A stretch of 64,000 bases of DNA. Origin: Verrucomicrobiota bacterium. GTDB lineage: Bacteria > Verrucomicrobiota > Verrucomicrobiia > Verrucomicrobiales > DEV007. Under the pieces are notes generated by a model. It was not told the origin of the DNA, searched no databases, and worked only from the letters and a program-made list of their open reading frames with translations. Below are positions 19,354 to 28,649 of this stretch, one piece after another. The DNA lies in NCBI GenBank assembly GCA_045046875.1, contig JASFYY010000073.1:1-64000 (forward strand), in the 5' to 3' direction. The position numbers and the translations under genes were made by a program. The stretch's first letter is position 1. Each line of letters opens with the position of its first letter.

Positions 19354-20787
19354 TTGTTTGTTTCTGTGTTAAAATGTCACCCCGTGCTGTTTTCAACTTA
19401 CCATATCCCCCGCCGACCGCGAAATCCCAGCTTGGCTGTTTTGTGCACTGTTCTAGTAACATCCACCGCACTTTTGTCCACGATCCTTTCACAAAACGAA
19501 AACAACAGCCCGCCCGCGAAGTCGGCAAACACCCCGCCGGCCACCCAACAAAACCCACTGCCTGCTCCCCCGCCAATCACTGCTAAAAAAGGCCTGCTCG
19601 CGCGTTTGGGAACCCAACCTGACTGGTCGCGTCTCGATGACTACCAAAGCAGCATCACCCGTACCGAATTCCAGCGACTGCTGCAACACAACTACCTGCA
19701 AAACGATCAATCCGCCGATCTGCTGATAGAGATCCTGGCCGACCGGGCTCGCATCCTCAAACAATCCAATCATCCCTCCGCCGGTTACTACGACCTCTTG
19801 TTTCTCCCTGCTACGACAGATCCCTCCAAGCTGCCTCCCGAAGTCCCGCGCTACTGGACCCCGGCATGGAAGCTACGGGCACCATTGCAACGCTCAAAAC
19901 CCCTCAGCGACCTGCATATCGTCATCGACCCCGGCCACATCGGCGGAGACTTTGCCCAGGTCGAAGAACGCTGGTACCGCATCGGCAAAAACACCCTGCC
20001 AATCACCGAGGGCGACATGACTCTCAAAGTCGCCAAAATCATGCAAAATAATCTCACCGCTCTCGGCGCCCGTGTCACCCTCACTCGAACGGAAGCCCAA
20101 CCCGTCACTTCACTGCGCAGCAACGATCTCACCACCGAAGCCAGAAAATGGCTCGCCCGCTTGCCTGGCAGCCACAAGCCTTCCTCTTACAAATTGCAAC
20201 ACACCGCCGAGCGCCTGTTTTACCTCAGCAGCGAAATCCGCACCCGCGCCAAGCTCATCAATCAACAACTCAAACCCGACCTGGTGGTCTGCCTGCATTT
20301 TAACGCCGAGGCCTGGGGCAATCCCAAAAAACCAGATTTTGTGGAAAAGAACCACAACCATATTCTGATCAACGGCTGTTACAGTCAAAACGAAATCAAA
20401 GAAGATGACGAGCGACTGGAACTATTACTACGCTTGTTGCAACGCACCTACTACTACGAGCTGGAAATGGCGTCAGAGGTGGCCAAAGCCATGTCGCGCA
20501 GCACCGACCTGCCGCCCTACACCTATACTGGCGACAACGCCAAATCAGTCAACGACAACCCCTACATCTGGACCCGCAACTTACTCGCCAACCGGATCTA
20601 TCTCTGTCCCGTTGTTTTTCTCGAACCCTATGTCATGAACAACCGTCAGGTTCACGCCCGGGTTCAGTCCGGTGACTATCCAGGTATACAAAAAATTGAA
20701 AAAAAATACCGCCTCAATATCTACCAGGAATACGCCGACTCCGTCACCACCGGCCTGGTCAATTATTTCAAAAAACACCGCAACTAG
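19354..20787 (+). CDS. N-acetylmuramoyl-L-alanine amidase (Amidase_3)
   Basis: IVIDPGHIGG, EGDMTL, LHFNA, FLEPYVMNN zinc/catalytic motifs; true start probably further in (GTG 19384 or TTG 19432). Confidence 0.85.
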   Translation: MFVSVLKCHPVLFSTYHIPRRPRNPSLAVLCTVLVTSTALLSTILSQNENNSPPAKSANTPPATQQNPLPAPPPITAKKGLLARLGTQPDWSRLDDYQSSITRTEFQRLLQHNYLQNDQSADLLIEILADRARILKQSNHPSAGYYDLLFLPATTDPSKLPPEVPRYWTPAWKLRAPLQRSKPLSDLHIVIDPGHIGGDFAQVEERWYRIGKNTLPITEGDMTLKVAKIMQNNLTALGARVTLTRTEAQPVTSLRSNDLTTEARKWLARLPGSHKPSSYKLQHTAERLFYLSSEIRTRAKLINQQLKPDLVVCLHFNAEAWGNPKKPDFVEKNHNHILINGCYSQNEIKEDDERLELLLRLLQRTYYYELEMASEVAKAMSRSTDLPPYTYTGDNAKSVNDNPYIWTRNLLANRIYLCPVVFLEPYVMNNRQVHARVQSGDYPGIQKIEKKYRLNIYQEYADSVTTGLVNYFKKHRN

Positions 20788-21036
20788 TCCTCTTCTAACC
20801 ACTGATTGCACTGATAGACACTGATGTTTAACCAAGTTGCGGAAGTGTATTCCTCAAAAGGAAAAATACCTACTTAAAAAACAAATATGAGAAGCCGTAT
20901 AGTGGACTCAGCTTAAATGGAAGTAACTTACTCCTGAAAAATCAGTGCTCATCAGTGCAATCAGTGGTTTACATTTATTTTAATCGCCGATATTTGTTCA
21001 GAAAATCCGAACAGCCGAAAAACACCGCAACTAGTC
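20771..21036. mobile_element. Non-coding palindromic insert flanked by 19-bp direct repeats that duplicate the amidase 3' end
   Basis: aaaaacaccgcaactagtc at 20771-20789 and 21018-21036 (exact); internal 29-bp inverted repeat 20797-20825 / 20941-20969 (26/29). Confidence 0.7.
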
Positions 21037-21049
21037 AGCTTCACCCATC

Positions 21050-21949
21050 ATTCATAATTCCCAAGCCATCTTAATCGCCGGTTGCGGCTACCTGGGTTCC
21101 CGCCTCGTTTTGCAGTTAGAACGACGCGGACAAAAATGCATCGCCCTGACCTTGTCAGGCAATAGCTCCGAAACCCTAACCGCGGAAAACATCCGCTGTG
21201 ACCTCAGCAACCCCGCTGAACTGGAAAAACTCTCACGCACCCTCCCCCAACCTCTCGCTATCGTTCACTGCGCCAGCTCCAGCCGCGGCGGTCCCGACGC
21301 CTACCGCAAAGTCTATTTGCGCGGGGTGGAAAATCTCGTCAAACACTTCCCCCACAGCCCACTGTTCTTCATCGGCTCCACCAGCGTTTATGCCCAGAAT
21401 GACGGTTCACGGGTGGATGAAGATTGTCCCGCCAAACCAGAACGGGAAAGCAGCCAAATTCTACGCGAAGCCGAAAATATAACTCTCGCTCACCAAGGCA
21501 CCGTATTGCGCCTCTCCGGCATCTATGGGCCGACACGTAGTTTTTACCTGCGCAGCCTGCTTGATCACAGCGCCCGCTTAGAACCTGCTGACAAACCTCG
21601 TTACCTGAACCAGATCCACCGCGACGACGCTGCCGCGGCCATCGACCACCTGCTCCAACAACCTAGCCCAGTCGTGGGCGGGCAAATTTACAACGTCACC
21701 GACGATCACTCCCCCACCCAAAGGGAATGTTATCAAAGCCTCGCCGCCTTTCTGCATCGCCCCTCCCCACCTGAAAACCTCAGCGTAAACAAGAGCAAAC
21801 GCAGCCGCAAACACCGCCGTATCTCAAATGAAAAGCTCAAAGGCACCGGCTGGCTGGCGATCTACCCGAGTCTGCTTGATGCATTAAAAAACGACCCTTC
21901 CTTCATCCCTTCCTTTATCCACTCCCCTACGGAAACTAAAAAGAGTTAG
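21050..21949 (+). CDS. NAD-dependent epimerase/dehydratase (atypical SDR, YeeZ-like)
   Basis: In-frame Rossmann motif ILIAGCGYLG lies upstream of the ORF-track start; STSVY, LRLSGIYGP, IHRDD motifs; start codon uncertain (ATT 21050 assumed). Confidence 0.8.
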   Translation: MHNSQAILIAGCGYLGSRLVLQLERRGQKCIALTLSGNSSETLTAENIRCDLSNPAELEKLSRTLPQPLAIVHCASSSRGGPDAYRKVYLRGVENLVKHFPHSPLFFIGSTSVYAQNDGSRVDEDCPAKPERESSQILREAENITLAHQGTVLRLSGIYGPTRSFYLRSLLDHSARLEPADKPRYLNQIHRDDAAAAIDHLLQQPSPVVGGQIYNVTDDHSPTQRECYQSLAAFLHRPSPPENLSVNKSKRSRKHRRISNEKLKGTGWLAIYPSLLDALKNDPSFIPSFIHSPTETKKS

Positions 21950-22009
21950 CCAAAACCAGCTTCGCGTAGTATTTTATCATCTTGCCCCTCTCTCCCACAG
22001 AATCAAAAT

Positions 22010-23356
22010 ATGCTGCGAATCAAAAGATCTCAAAACTTGTGCTTTTGTTTGCTGCCACTGATCAGCCTGTTATTGATCCTCCCAGCACAATCGCAAAACA
22101 ATGCCGATGCCTCGCAGGACCCCTCTCCCTCACCCGCTCCCAGCTTGGATATGCTATTGCAAAAAAGCGATCAGGTCTGGCAAAGCAACTTGCCAAGTTT
22201 ACTGAAAAAATTCAACCAGCACGGTTTTAAATGGATGTCATCCGACCGCGGTGCTCTACGCAGTGTCTCTCCCAACTTACAAATGTTTAGTGAAAGGGTC
22301 GGAGAAACCGTTGTCCGGTCAAAAAAAGGCAAAGTTTTCCGGGTCGACATCTCCGTTTATAACCGCGGCGACCGTGGACCTATTGACTACAATGACTTTA
22401 ATCAAATGGCCAAACGCTGGCAGAAAAACATCACCGCACTTACCAAAACCAAGCCCGAACCAATTAAAAAAGCCAAAGATTCAGCGGTGAACCTGCAACG
22501 AGTCCTCTGGTATACCCAGAGCTCAGCCATCCTGCTCGAAACCAGTATCACCAACGGCTCCGCCCAGTTCATGCGGCTGCGAATGGCCCCCAAACCCAAA
22601 GGTGCCTTCTATCTTGGCAATTCAACCGGAACGGTTAGAAAAACCATCAGCCGATCGGATTTGAGACGCAATGTAAAAAAACTTCCCAATGGTGACGTCA
22701 GTATCAAAGGCATCCCCATGGTGGATCAAGGACCCAAAGGTTACTGCGCCGTTGCCAGTGCAGAGAGAGTATTCCGCTATTACGGCTTGGAAACTGATCA
22801 ACACGAAATGGCCGAGCTAGCCCGGACTTCCTCCGGCGGCGGAACCAGTCCCCAAATGATGTATGCCGCACTAAAAAAAGCCTCTCTCGGCGCCCAACTC
22901 CGGGTTTTTGGACTCATCGAATGGAACACCAAAAAATTCATGGATGACATCAAGTCCTACAATCGTTTTGCCAAAAAGAAAGGCATACCTCCCGCTCCCG
23001 AAGAATGGTACCTAATAACTTACCTCAGTCAAATATACGACGCTCTCGACCCTGAAACCTACAAAAATCACAAGGCCGACCGTGGCAACTATTTTAAAAG
23101 TTTCAATACCCAGATTCAGCAAAACATCGACGCCGGCATCCCTCTCTTTTGGGGCATCCTGCTAGGCATGTATCCCGAACCCGAAATCCCCCAAGCCAAG
23201 GGTGGACACATGAGACTGATCATCGGTTACAATCGCAAAGAAAAAACCATCATTTATTCAGACTCCTGGGGCCCCGGCCATGAATCAAAAAGCATGCCCG
23301 CCGACCAGGCCTTCGCCATGACCAACGGCCTGTTTGTGATCAAACCCTCACGCTAA
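22010..23356 (+). CDS. Exported peptidase C39-like (papain-fold) protein
   Basis: Signal peptide; DQGPKGYCAVAS, GGHMRLIIGYN, YSDSWG (Cys-His-Asp). Confidence 0.8.
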   Translation: MLRIKRSQNLCFCLLPLISLLLILPAQSQNNADASQDPSPSPAPSLDMLLQKSDQVWQSNLPSLLKKFNQHGFKWMSSDRGALRSVSPNLQMFSERVGETVVRSKKGKVFRVDISVYNRGDRGPIDYNDFNQMAKRWQKNITALTKTKPEPIKKAKDSAVNLQRVLWYTQSSAILLETSITNGSAQFMRLRMAPKPKGAFYLGNSTGTVRKTISRSDLRRNVKKLPNGDVSIKGIPMVDQGPKGYCAVASAERVFRYYGLETDQHEMAELARTSSGGGTSPQMMYAALKKASLGAQLRVFGLIEWNTKKFMDDIKSYNRFAKKKGIPPAPEEWYLITYLSQIYDALDPETYKNHKADRGNYFKSFNTQIQQNIDAGIPLFWGILLGMYPEPEIPQAKGGHMRLIIGYNRKEKTIIYSDSWGPGHESKSMPADQAFAMTNGLFVIKPSR

Positions 23357-23394
23357 GCCACCTCCCTATCCTTCTTGCATTAGGTCAGCCACAC

Positions 23395-24069
23395 CTATTG
23401 CCCTTTAACGACACGCAGCTCAATGTCGTCATAATAAATCGGATGCCCCGAAGATGGCGTGCCACTCAGATACGCCCTACCCTTGCCCGGGTTCTCTTCC
23501 GCAATATACTCAATTTGCGCCGTCTCCGGACGCTTTTCACTCTCGGCCCAGACCCGCCCCTCGACCGTCCAGTTGTTATTATTCTCCACTACCGATAACT
23601 CAACAAAATACCACTGCCCCGAACGCCACTTGAACCCGGCATCCTGCACCCGTTCAATGCCAAGCTTCAGCTTGAGCTTCTGTCCGGCCGGCTCCACTAA
23701 CAACTGGAACCCGGTCAGCCCATGCAAACCCACTCCAAAAGCCGGAGCACGACGCCCCTGCCTCTCTGCCTTCACTCTCACCTTGATCACAGCCCCGCCG
23801 GTCAAATTCTCACCCAACTGAACCGATGCATCCAGCAAAGGAAGGGCTGATAATTTCAGGTAAGCCTGGGAAGTTTTTTTCACAACCGTGAAGTCTCCCT
23901 CCAAGATCAGAAAATCTTCCGCCAATCCACCCGCAGATGCTTGGGTGAAATCATTCTGATAAACAAGCCTTCCCGCATCGTCCTCAGCCGATCTCAAAAC
24001 CTGCCCCTCAACACAAAGAACAGCCAGCCCCAGCAGCTTCAAAGCAACCCTCATCACCTTATCCATCAC
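23395..24069 (-). CDS. Exported beta-sandwich (ConA/LamG-like) hypothetical protein
   Basis: Signal peptide, YQNDF start, beta-rich, ends YYDDIEL; coupled to the ABC permease gene. Confidence 0.55.
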   Translation of the reverse strand: MMDKVMRVALKLLGLAVLCVEGQVLRSAEDDAGRLVYQNDFTQASAGGLAEDFLILEGDFTVVKKTSQAYLKLSALPLLDASVQLGENLTGGAVIKVRVKAERQGRRAPAFGVGLHGLTGFQLLVEPAGQKLKLKLGIERVQDAGFKWRSGQWYFVELSVVENNNNWTVEGRVWAESEKRPETAQIEYIAEENPGKGRAYLSGTPSSGHPIYYDDIELRVVKGQ

Positions 24070-27000
24070 TCCGTTCGCAAAGCCTCCATCAAAGGCATAC
24101 GCAGCACCACCCGTGCCGCCATCCAGCAGAAGAGCAATCCCGCCACCAATACCCCGGCATTCACCAATAACAATAAAGTCACCGGCATACCGGATGACTT
24201 TTCAAAAAACATCGGGGCCACCGAAACCACCGCCGCAAAAAATCCCACCAATACCCCCATCACATGCAGGAACCAATGCTCAGCGAGCACCATCTTCTCC
24301 AGATCTTTACGCCGGAACCCCAAGGCCTGCATCAAACCCAGTTGCCCACGCCGCTCCATCACATTGCGACTCACCACCACCGCCAGGCCCACTGTTCCCA
24401 ATAACAAACCCAACCCGCCCAGAGTTGAAAAAATACTCAAATAGGTGTTTTGCACCGCATTAAATTCATTCAGGCGACGTGCCGTGGGCACCCACTCCAA
24501 ACCCCGGTCCTCCAACATCCGGGTCAAACTTTGTACTGTTTTTTTATCATCGGCCGTTTTTAAATCCAATAAAAAATAACGATAACCTGCTATGTCAGCA
24601 CGTTCAGAAATGAAGTTCTTTTCGGAAATCACAATACTGCCCTGTAACAGCGAGTTCTCCAACATAGCCACCAACTTAACCGCAAACGGCTCGCCCTGGC
24701 TGTTTTGATAAACAATCAGGTCACCCAGGCCTTTCATCAAAGCGTAGGTCGCCGTATTCATATCGATCACTCCGGGAATCACTTTCATGCCGTTTTCATC
24801 CGGCAAGTCCGCTGCCAACATTTGCCACACCGATTGATCAAAAGGAATGTCGGAGAGTTTTTTAGCAAAGTGAAAAGCCTCGCGCTCAGCCAACTTTTTG
24901 AAATCCGCTCCCAACAACCGCGGCCGCTGCGCCCGGTTCAGATTCAAACAGGAAGCGTCATCACCGTCACTCACCCGAAAGGACACCACCGAAAAAGAAT
25001 CGTCGTCTTTTGCGAAACCATATTTCACCCGCCCCTCCGCACTGTCCAAATTTTCATAAACCGGCAAGGTCGCCCCTCCCACAAACGCAAAGCCTCCCGT
25101 GCCCGAATCACGCGAACCAGCTCCCCGCTCTCCCACCAGGCGAAAAGAATTGATCGCCGTCACCATGAACACTCCCGATGCCATCAGCGCAATCACCGCC
25201 AGACTCCTGCCCTTGCGACGCACCGCATTCTGCCTGCCCAAACCTGCTAGACTAGGAATCGTTTCCGCGCTCCTCGCCATACGTCGTAGAATGAGCCCAC
25301 AAGCAGCCACCCCTGCCGAAGTCAGCAAAAACCCTGCTCCAAAAAACAAGCCCTGCTCCGCCATACTGCCCGCTTGTTTCGGCGCAAACAAACAAGCCAT
25401 GCCCGCCAACAAACTGATAATCGTCACCCACAGCGCCGGCGTTTTCCACACCGGCTTCAACCCGGCCGCATGATCACCAACATCCCCTGCTCCGGAAATC
25501 AACTGGCTCGGGCGAATTTTCATCACTGCCCGACTGGCAAAATACACCACGATCACCGCAATCAACACCGTCGCCAACCACGCGATGCCCAGACTGGAGG
25601 GTTTCAGATAATAAACAAAATCAATCCCCGATGCAGCTGATTGCCACGCGCCTGACATCCCCCACAAAGCCAGCTTGGTATAAACCCATCCGCCCAACAG
25701 CCCCAGTGCGGCCCCGATGATCGACAGCAACAGCGCCTCCAGCAGCAACAGCCGCCGCACCCTGCCCGCCGTCATACCTACCGCCAGCAACAGTCCGATC
25801 TGCGAACGCCGCTGCTCCACGCCAAAGACAAAAACCAAAGCGGTCAAAATCAAAGCCGCCACAATCAGGAAAAAACTCATACTGGCAAACAGCGCTCCGA
25901 AGTTCATCGACTGCGCCACCGCTGCTTTTGATTCCGCAGCGACGTCCCGGGTCATCAAACCAAAACCTACCGGTTTGATCTGCGCTCTCAAGCTCTGTTG
26001 GAAAGTCTTGCGGGTAAACTCCTCTGTAGAAAAACGCAGCGCCGTCAGTTCGCCAAAACGATTGCTCCACATTTTTTTTCCTGCAGCCAAAGTTATAAAA
26101 GCCTTCGGCGTTGCCCGGTAGTCATCCCAGTATTTTTCATCCTTGTCGCGAATTTTCGTTTTATCGATCGGAATGCCCGGCTGCCAGCGGTTCACATCCT
26201 CCACCTCCATCAAACCGGGGAAAGCCGGCGTCCAGCTTTGATTCACCTCCGCATCAGACATTTTTACAATCGCCCTGACCTTGAACGGCTCTTCTGCTTC
26301 GTCCATTTTCCGCCCACTGCCCACTCGGAAATAACTCAGCTTAATCGAATCTCCCGGCTGCAAAGATAAATCCTCCGCCAACCAGTCGGTGACAATGATC
26401 TCATTCTCTTTCAAATCAGTTGGAACAATGGAATTCAGAACACTCTCCGCTGCGGCCACCATGCTATAGGGCGTACTCTTTTTCCCATGAGCCATCTGAT
26501 TCACCAAATACGTCAGCACCCCGTCACTGCCCTGCTTCTCAACCACCTGTTGCGCGGCTTTTTCCAAAGAGCGATCCATAAAAACCCGCTCACTGCCCAA
26601 CTCCCACAGCTTACCCTTTTCAACCTTGCGCAAAGTCAATGAGGCATCCTCCAGTTGCCACACTTCAGCCAATGCCTGCTCAAGAGTTTCTGGCAAAGGC
26701 TGTCGCCCGCTGCCCCCCACCAACAGGGCATTCACCCGTCCGGTTTTCTCCAGCTGCTGCTGCAAAAACGCCAGCGATACAAACACATTCGAACTCGGAA
26801 CCTGCTCGGCTTTCAAACTGTAACGCCCCAGACTCTGTCTCGGCACCAGGGCATCGATTTTTTTTCGCAAGGTGATGGTTTCATCCGCTTCACCTGACAA
26901 TGGCGCATCTTTGGACAACTCACCAGGTATCTCCAAACGTACCACCACCGTATCACCCACCTTCACCCCGAGGCGCTTGGCCAAAGCTTCGTTCACCGCC

Positions 27001-27410
27001 AACCAGTCACCACCACGCGCCGCTTCAGGTATCGGATTACCTCCTTCGCTCAAAGCCCAGAACCTATCCTCCACTGCCACCACCTGCACTCCATTACTGC
27101 GCTGATTCCCATCCGGAGTCGCCACCGTTCCCAGTGCTTGAATCACCGGAGCCACCACTGCTTCCAGCTCTGGATAACTCTCCAGCCTCGCCGCCAGGTC
27201 CTGGCCAAAAAAGCGATCCCCCCCCAACACGGCTAAAGTTATGCCTTCGATTCTCGCCTTGGCATTGCGCCGCAAACTTTCCTTCACCGAATCCCCCACC
27301 ACCAACGATCCACTGAGAATAGCCGCGGTCAAAGCCACGCCCACCACCAAGGCGACATTCAACCTCCCGTAGTAAAACAAACTACGCAGGACTAAGTTCC
27401 AAGCACTCAT
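24066..27410 (-). CDS. FtsX/MacB-family ABC transporter permease (duplicated architecture)
   Basis: 1114 aa; two periplasmic domains, each followed by a TM cluster with EQRRSQIGLLLAVG / ERRGQLGLMQALG motifs. Confidence 0.88.
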   Translation of the reverse strand: MSAWNLVLRSLFYYGRLNVALVVGVALTAAILSGSLVVGDSVKESLRRNAKARIEGITLAVLGGDRFFGQDLAARLESYPELEAVVAPVIQALGTVATPDGNQRSNGVQVVAVEDRFWALSEGGNPIPEAARGGDWLAVNEALAKRLGVKVGDTVVVRLEIPGELSKDAPLSGEADETITLRKKIDALVPRQSLGRYSLKAEQVPSSNVFVSLAFLQQQLEKTGRVNALLVGGSGRQPLPETLEQALAEVWQLEDASLTLRKVEKGKLWELGSERVFMDRSLEKAAQQVVEKQGSDGVLTYLVNQMAHGKKSTPYSMVAAAESVLNSIVPTDLKENEIIVTDWLAEDLSLQPGDSIKLSYFRVGSGRKMDEAEEPFKVRAIVKMSDAEVNQSWTPAFPGLMEVEDVNRWQPGIPIDKTKIRDKDEKYWDDYRATPKAFITLAAGKKMWSNRFGELTALRFSTEEFTRKTFQQSLRAQIKPVGFGLMTRDVAAESKAAVAQSMNFGALFASMSFFLIVAALILTALVFVFGVEQRRSQIGLLLAVGMTAGRVRRLLLLEALLLSIIGAALGLLGGWVYTKLALWGMSGAWQSAASGIDFVYYLKPSSLGIAWLATVLIAVIVVYFASRAVMKIRPSQLISGAGDVGDHAAGLKPVWKTPALWVTIISLLAGMACLFAPKQAGSMAEQGLFFGAGFLLTSAGVAACGLILRRMARSAETIPSLAGLGRQNAVRRKGRSLAVIALMASGVFMVTAINSFRLVGERGAGSRDSGTGGFAFVGGATLPVYENLDSAEGRVKYGFAKDDDSFSVVSFRVSDGDDASCLNLNRAQRPRLLGADFKKLAEREAFHFAKKLSDIPFDQSVWQMLAADLPDENGMKVIPGVIDMNTATYALMKGLGDLIVYQNSQGEPFAVKLVAMLENSLLQGSIVISEKNFISERADIAGYRYFLLDLKTADDKKTVQSLTRMLEDRGLEWVPTARRLNEFNAVQNTYLSIFSTLGGLGLLLGTVGLAVVVSRNVMERRGQLGLMQALGFRRKDLEKMVLAEHWFLHVMGVLVGFFAAVVSVAPMFFEKSSGMPVTLLLLVNAGVLVAGLLFCWMAARVVLRMPLMEALRTE

Positions 27411-28087
27411 GCCTTCAGTTTGCCCTCCCGCAGATCCCGCACATCCCCAGTGCGTTTTGCCAGCTCCAAATCATGTGTCACCAGGACCAGGGCCACTGAC
27501 TCTTCTTCATTCAACTCGATCAGCAAATCCATCAACCTTTCCGCATTGTCCTCATCCAAAGCCCCGGTGGGTTCGTCCGCCAAAATCAAACTCGGCTGAT
27601 TGATCAAAGCCCGCACCACTGCTACCCGCTGCCGTTCGCCCCCCGACATCTGCGCCGGTCGGCTCGCCATTTGATCCTCCAGTCCCATCCGTTTTAACAA
27701 ACGCTGCGCCCGCTCCATCACCGCAGCTTCATCCGGACGCTGCGCCAAAGCCAGCGTCGGCACCAATACATTCTCCAGCGCCGAACACTGCGGCAGCAAA
27801 TGATGCAGTTGAAAAATAAACCCGATCTGCTGACTCCTCAACGCCGCCAGATCTTTCTCACTGGCTCCTTGCAAATCCTTGCCATCAAAAACAACCTGCC
27901 CTTCATTAGGTAAATCTAAAGTTCCCAGTATATTAAGCAGAGTGCTCTTACCGCAACCCGAAGGCCCCACCACTGAAAAACGCTGCCCCCGGCCAATTTC
28001 GAGATTGATCCCTTGCAGAACCTTCCGCGCTTCCGCACCCGGATACCACTTGGACACCCCTTTTAACTCAACCACGTTTTCACTCAT
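27407..28087 (-). CDS. ABC transporter ATP-binding protein (LolD/MacB-like)
   Basis: GPSGCGKST, MSGGERQR, LADEPTGALD. Confidence 0.93.
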   Translation of the reverse strand: MSENVVELKGVSKWYPGAEARKVLQGINLEIGRGQRFSVVGPSGCGKSTLLNILGTLDLPNEGQVVFDGKDLQGASEKDLAALRSQQIGFIFQLHHLLPQCSALENVLVPTLALAQRPDEAAVMERAQRLLKRMGLEDQMASRPAQMSGGERQRVAVVRALINQPSLILADEPTGALDEDNAERLMDLLIELNEEESVALVLVTHDLELAKRTGDVRDLREGKLKA

Positions 28088-28542
28088 ACTGATATCACCT
28101 GTTCCAATTTTTCACGAATCTGCGACGGAATCTCCACCGCTTTTATTTTACCGTCGCCTCCATGCCAAGACACACAAACCACAGTGAATTTACCCGTCGC
28201 CGCAAGACTGCGTTTCTCCTGATCCTCCATATTTTTCCAAAAACAAAACTCATACAAAATCGTTTTCGATCCCAACTCCTTGATATTCAATTCGATCTCC
28301 ACAGGATCTTCAAACCTCAAGGCTTGTTTGTAATCACACGCAGCGTGCACCCGCGGCCAGCCCACCTCCACCGAATCGCGTCCAGGTTCCCTTCCCATAG
28401 AATGCACCGACAAACCCAAAGAACGGAAAAAGGCATGTTCGCACACCTCCATGAAACGAAAAAAATTAGCGAAGTGCATAATGCCCGCCGCATCGGTATC
28501 GGCAAACTCCACTCTCTTGTTTATGCTAAAATGTGCACTCAT
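28084..28542 (-). CDS. Acyl-CoA thioesterase (4HBT/YbgC family)
   Basis: RVEFADTDAAGIMHFANFFRFME hot-dog fold motif. Confidence 0.9.
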   Translation of the reverse strand: MSAHFSINKRVEFADTDAAGIMHFANFFRFMEVCEHAFFRSLGLSVHSMGREPGRDSVEVGWPRVHAACDYKQALRFEDPVEIELNIKELGSKTILYEFCFWKNMEDQEKRSLAATGKFTVVCVSWHGGDGKIKAVEIPSQIREKLEQVISV

Positions 28543-28649
28543 AAATCAAGGCAATACTACCTCGTAAAACAAAGCTTAGATTTGCTTTTATGAGTCAATA
28601 TCTGGCCGCCCACTCAGCGAGTCAACATTTGTCTTCGTTCTTGCCAAGC

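Noticed and set aside
19352..19576. 75-aa N-terminal extension of the YmdB ORF
   Set aside because: Family similarity starts at MLRILFLGD (19351), and the extension overlaps the divergent amidase gene
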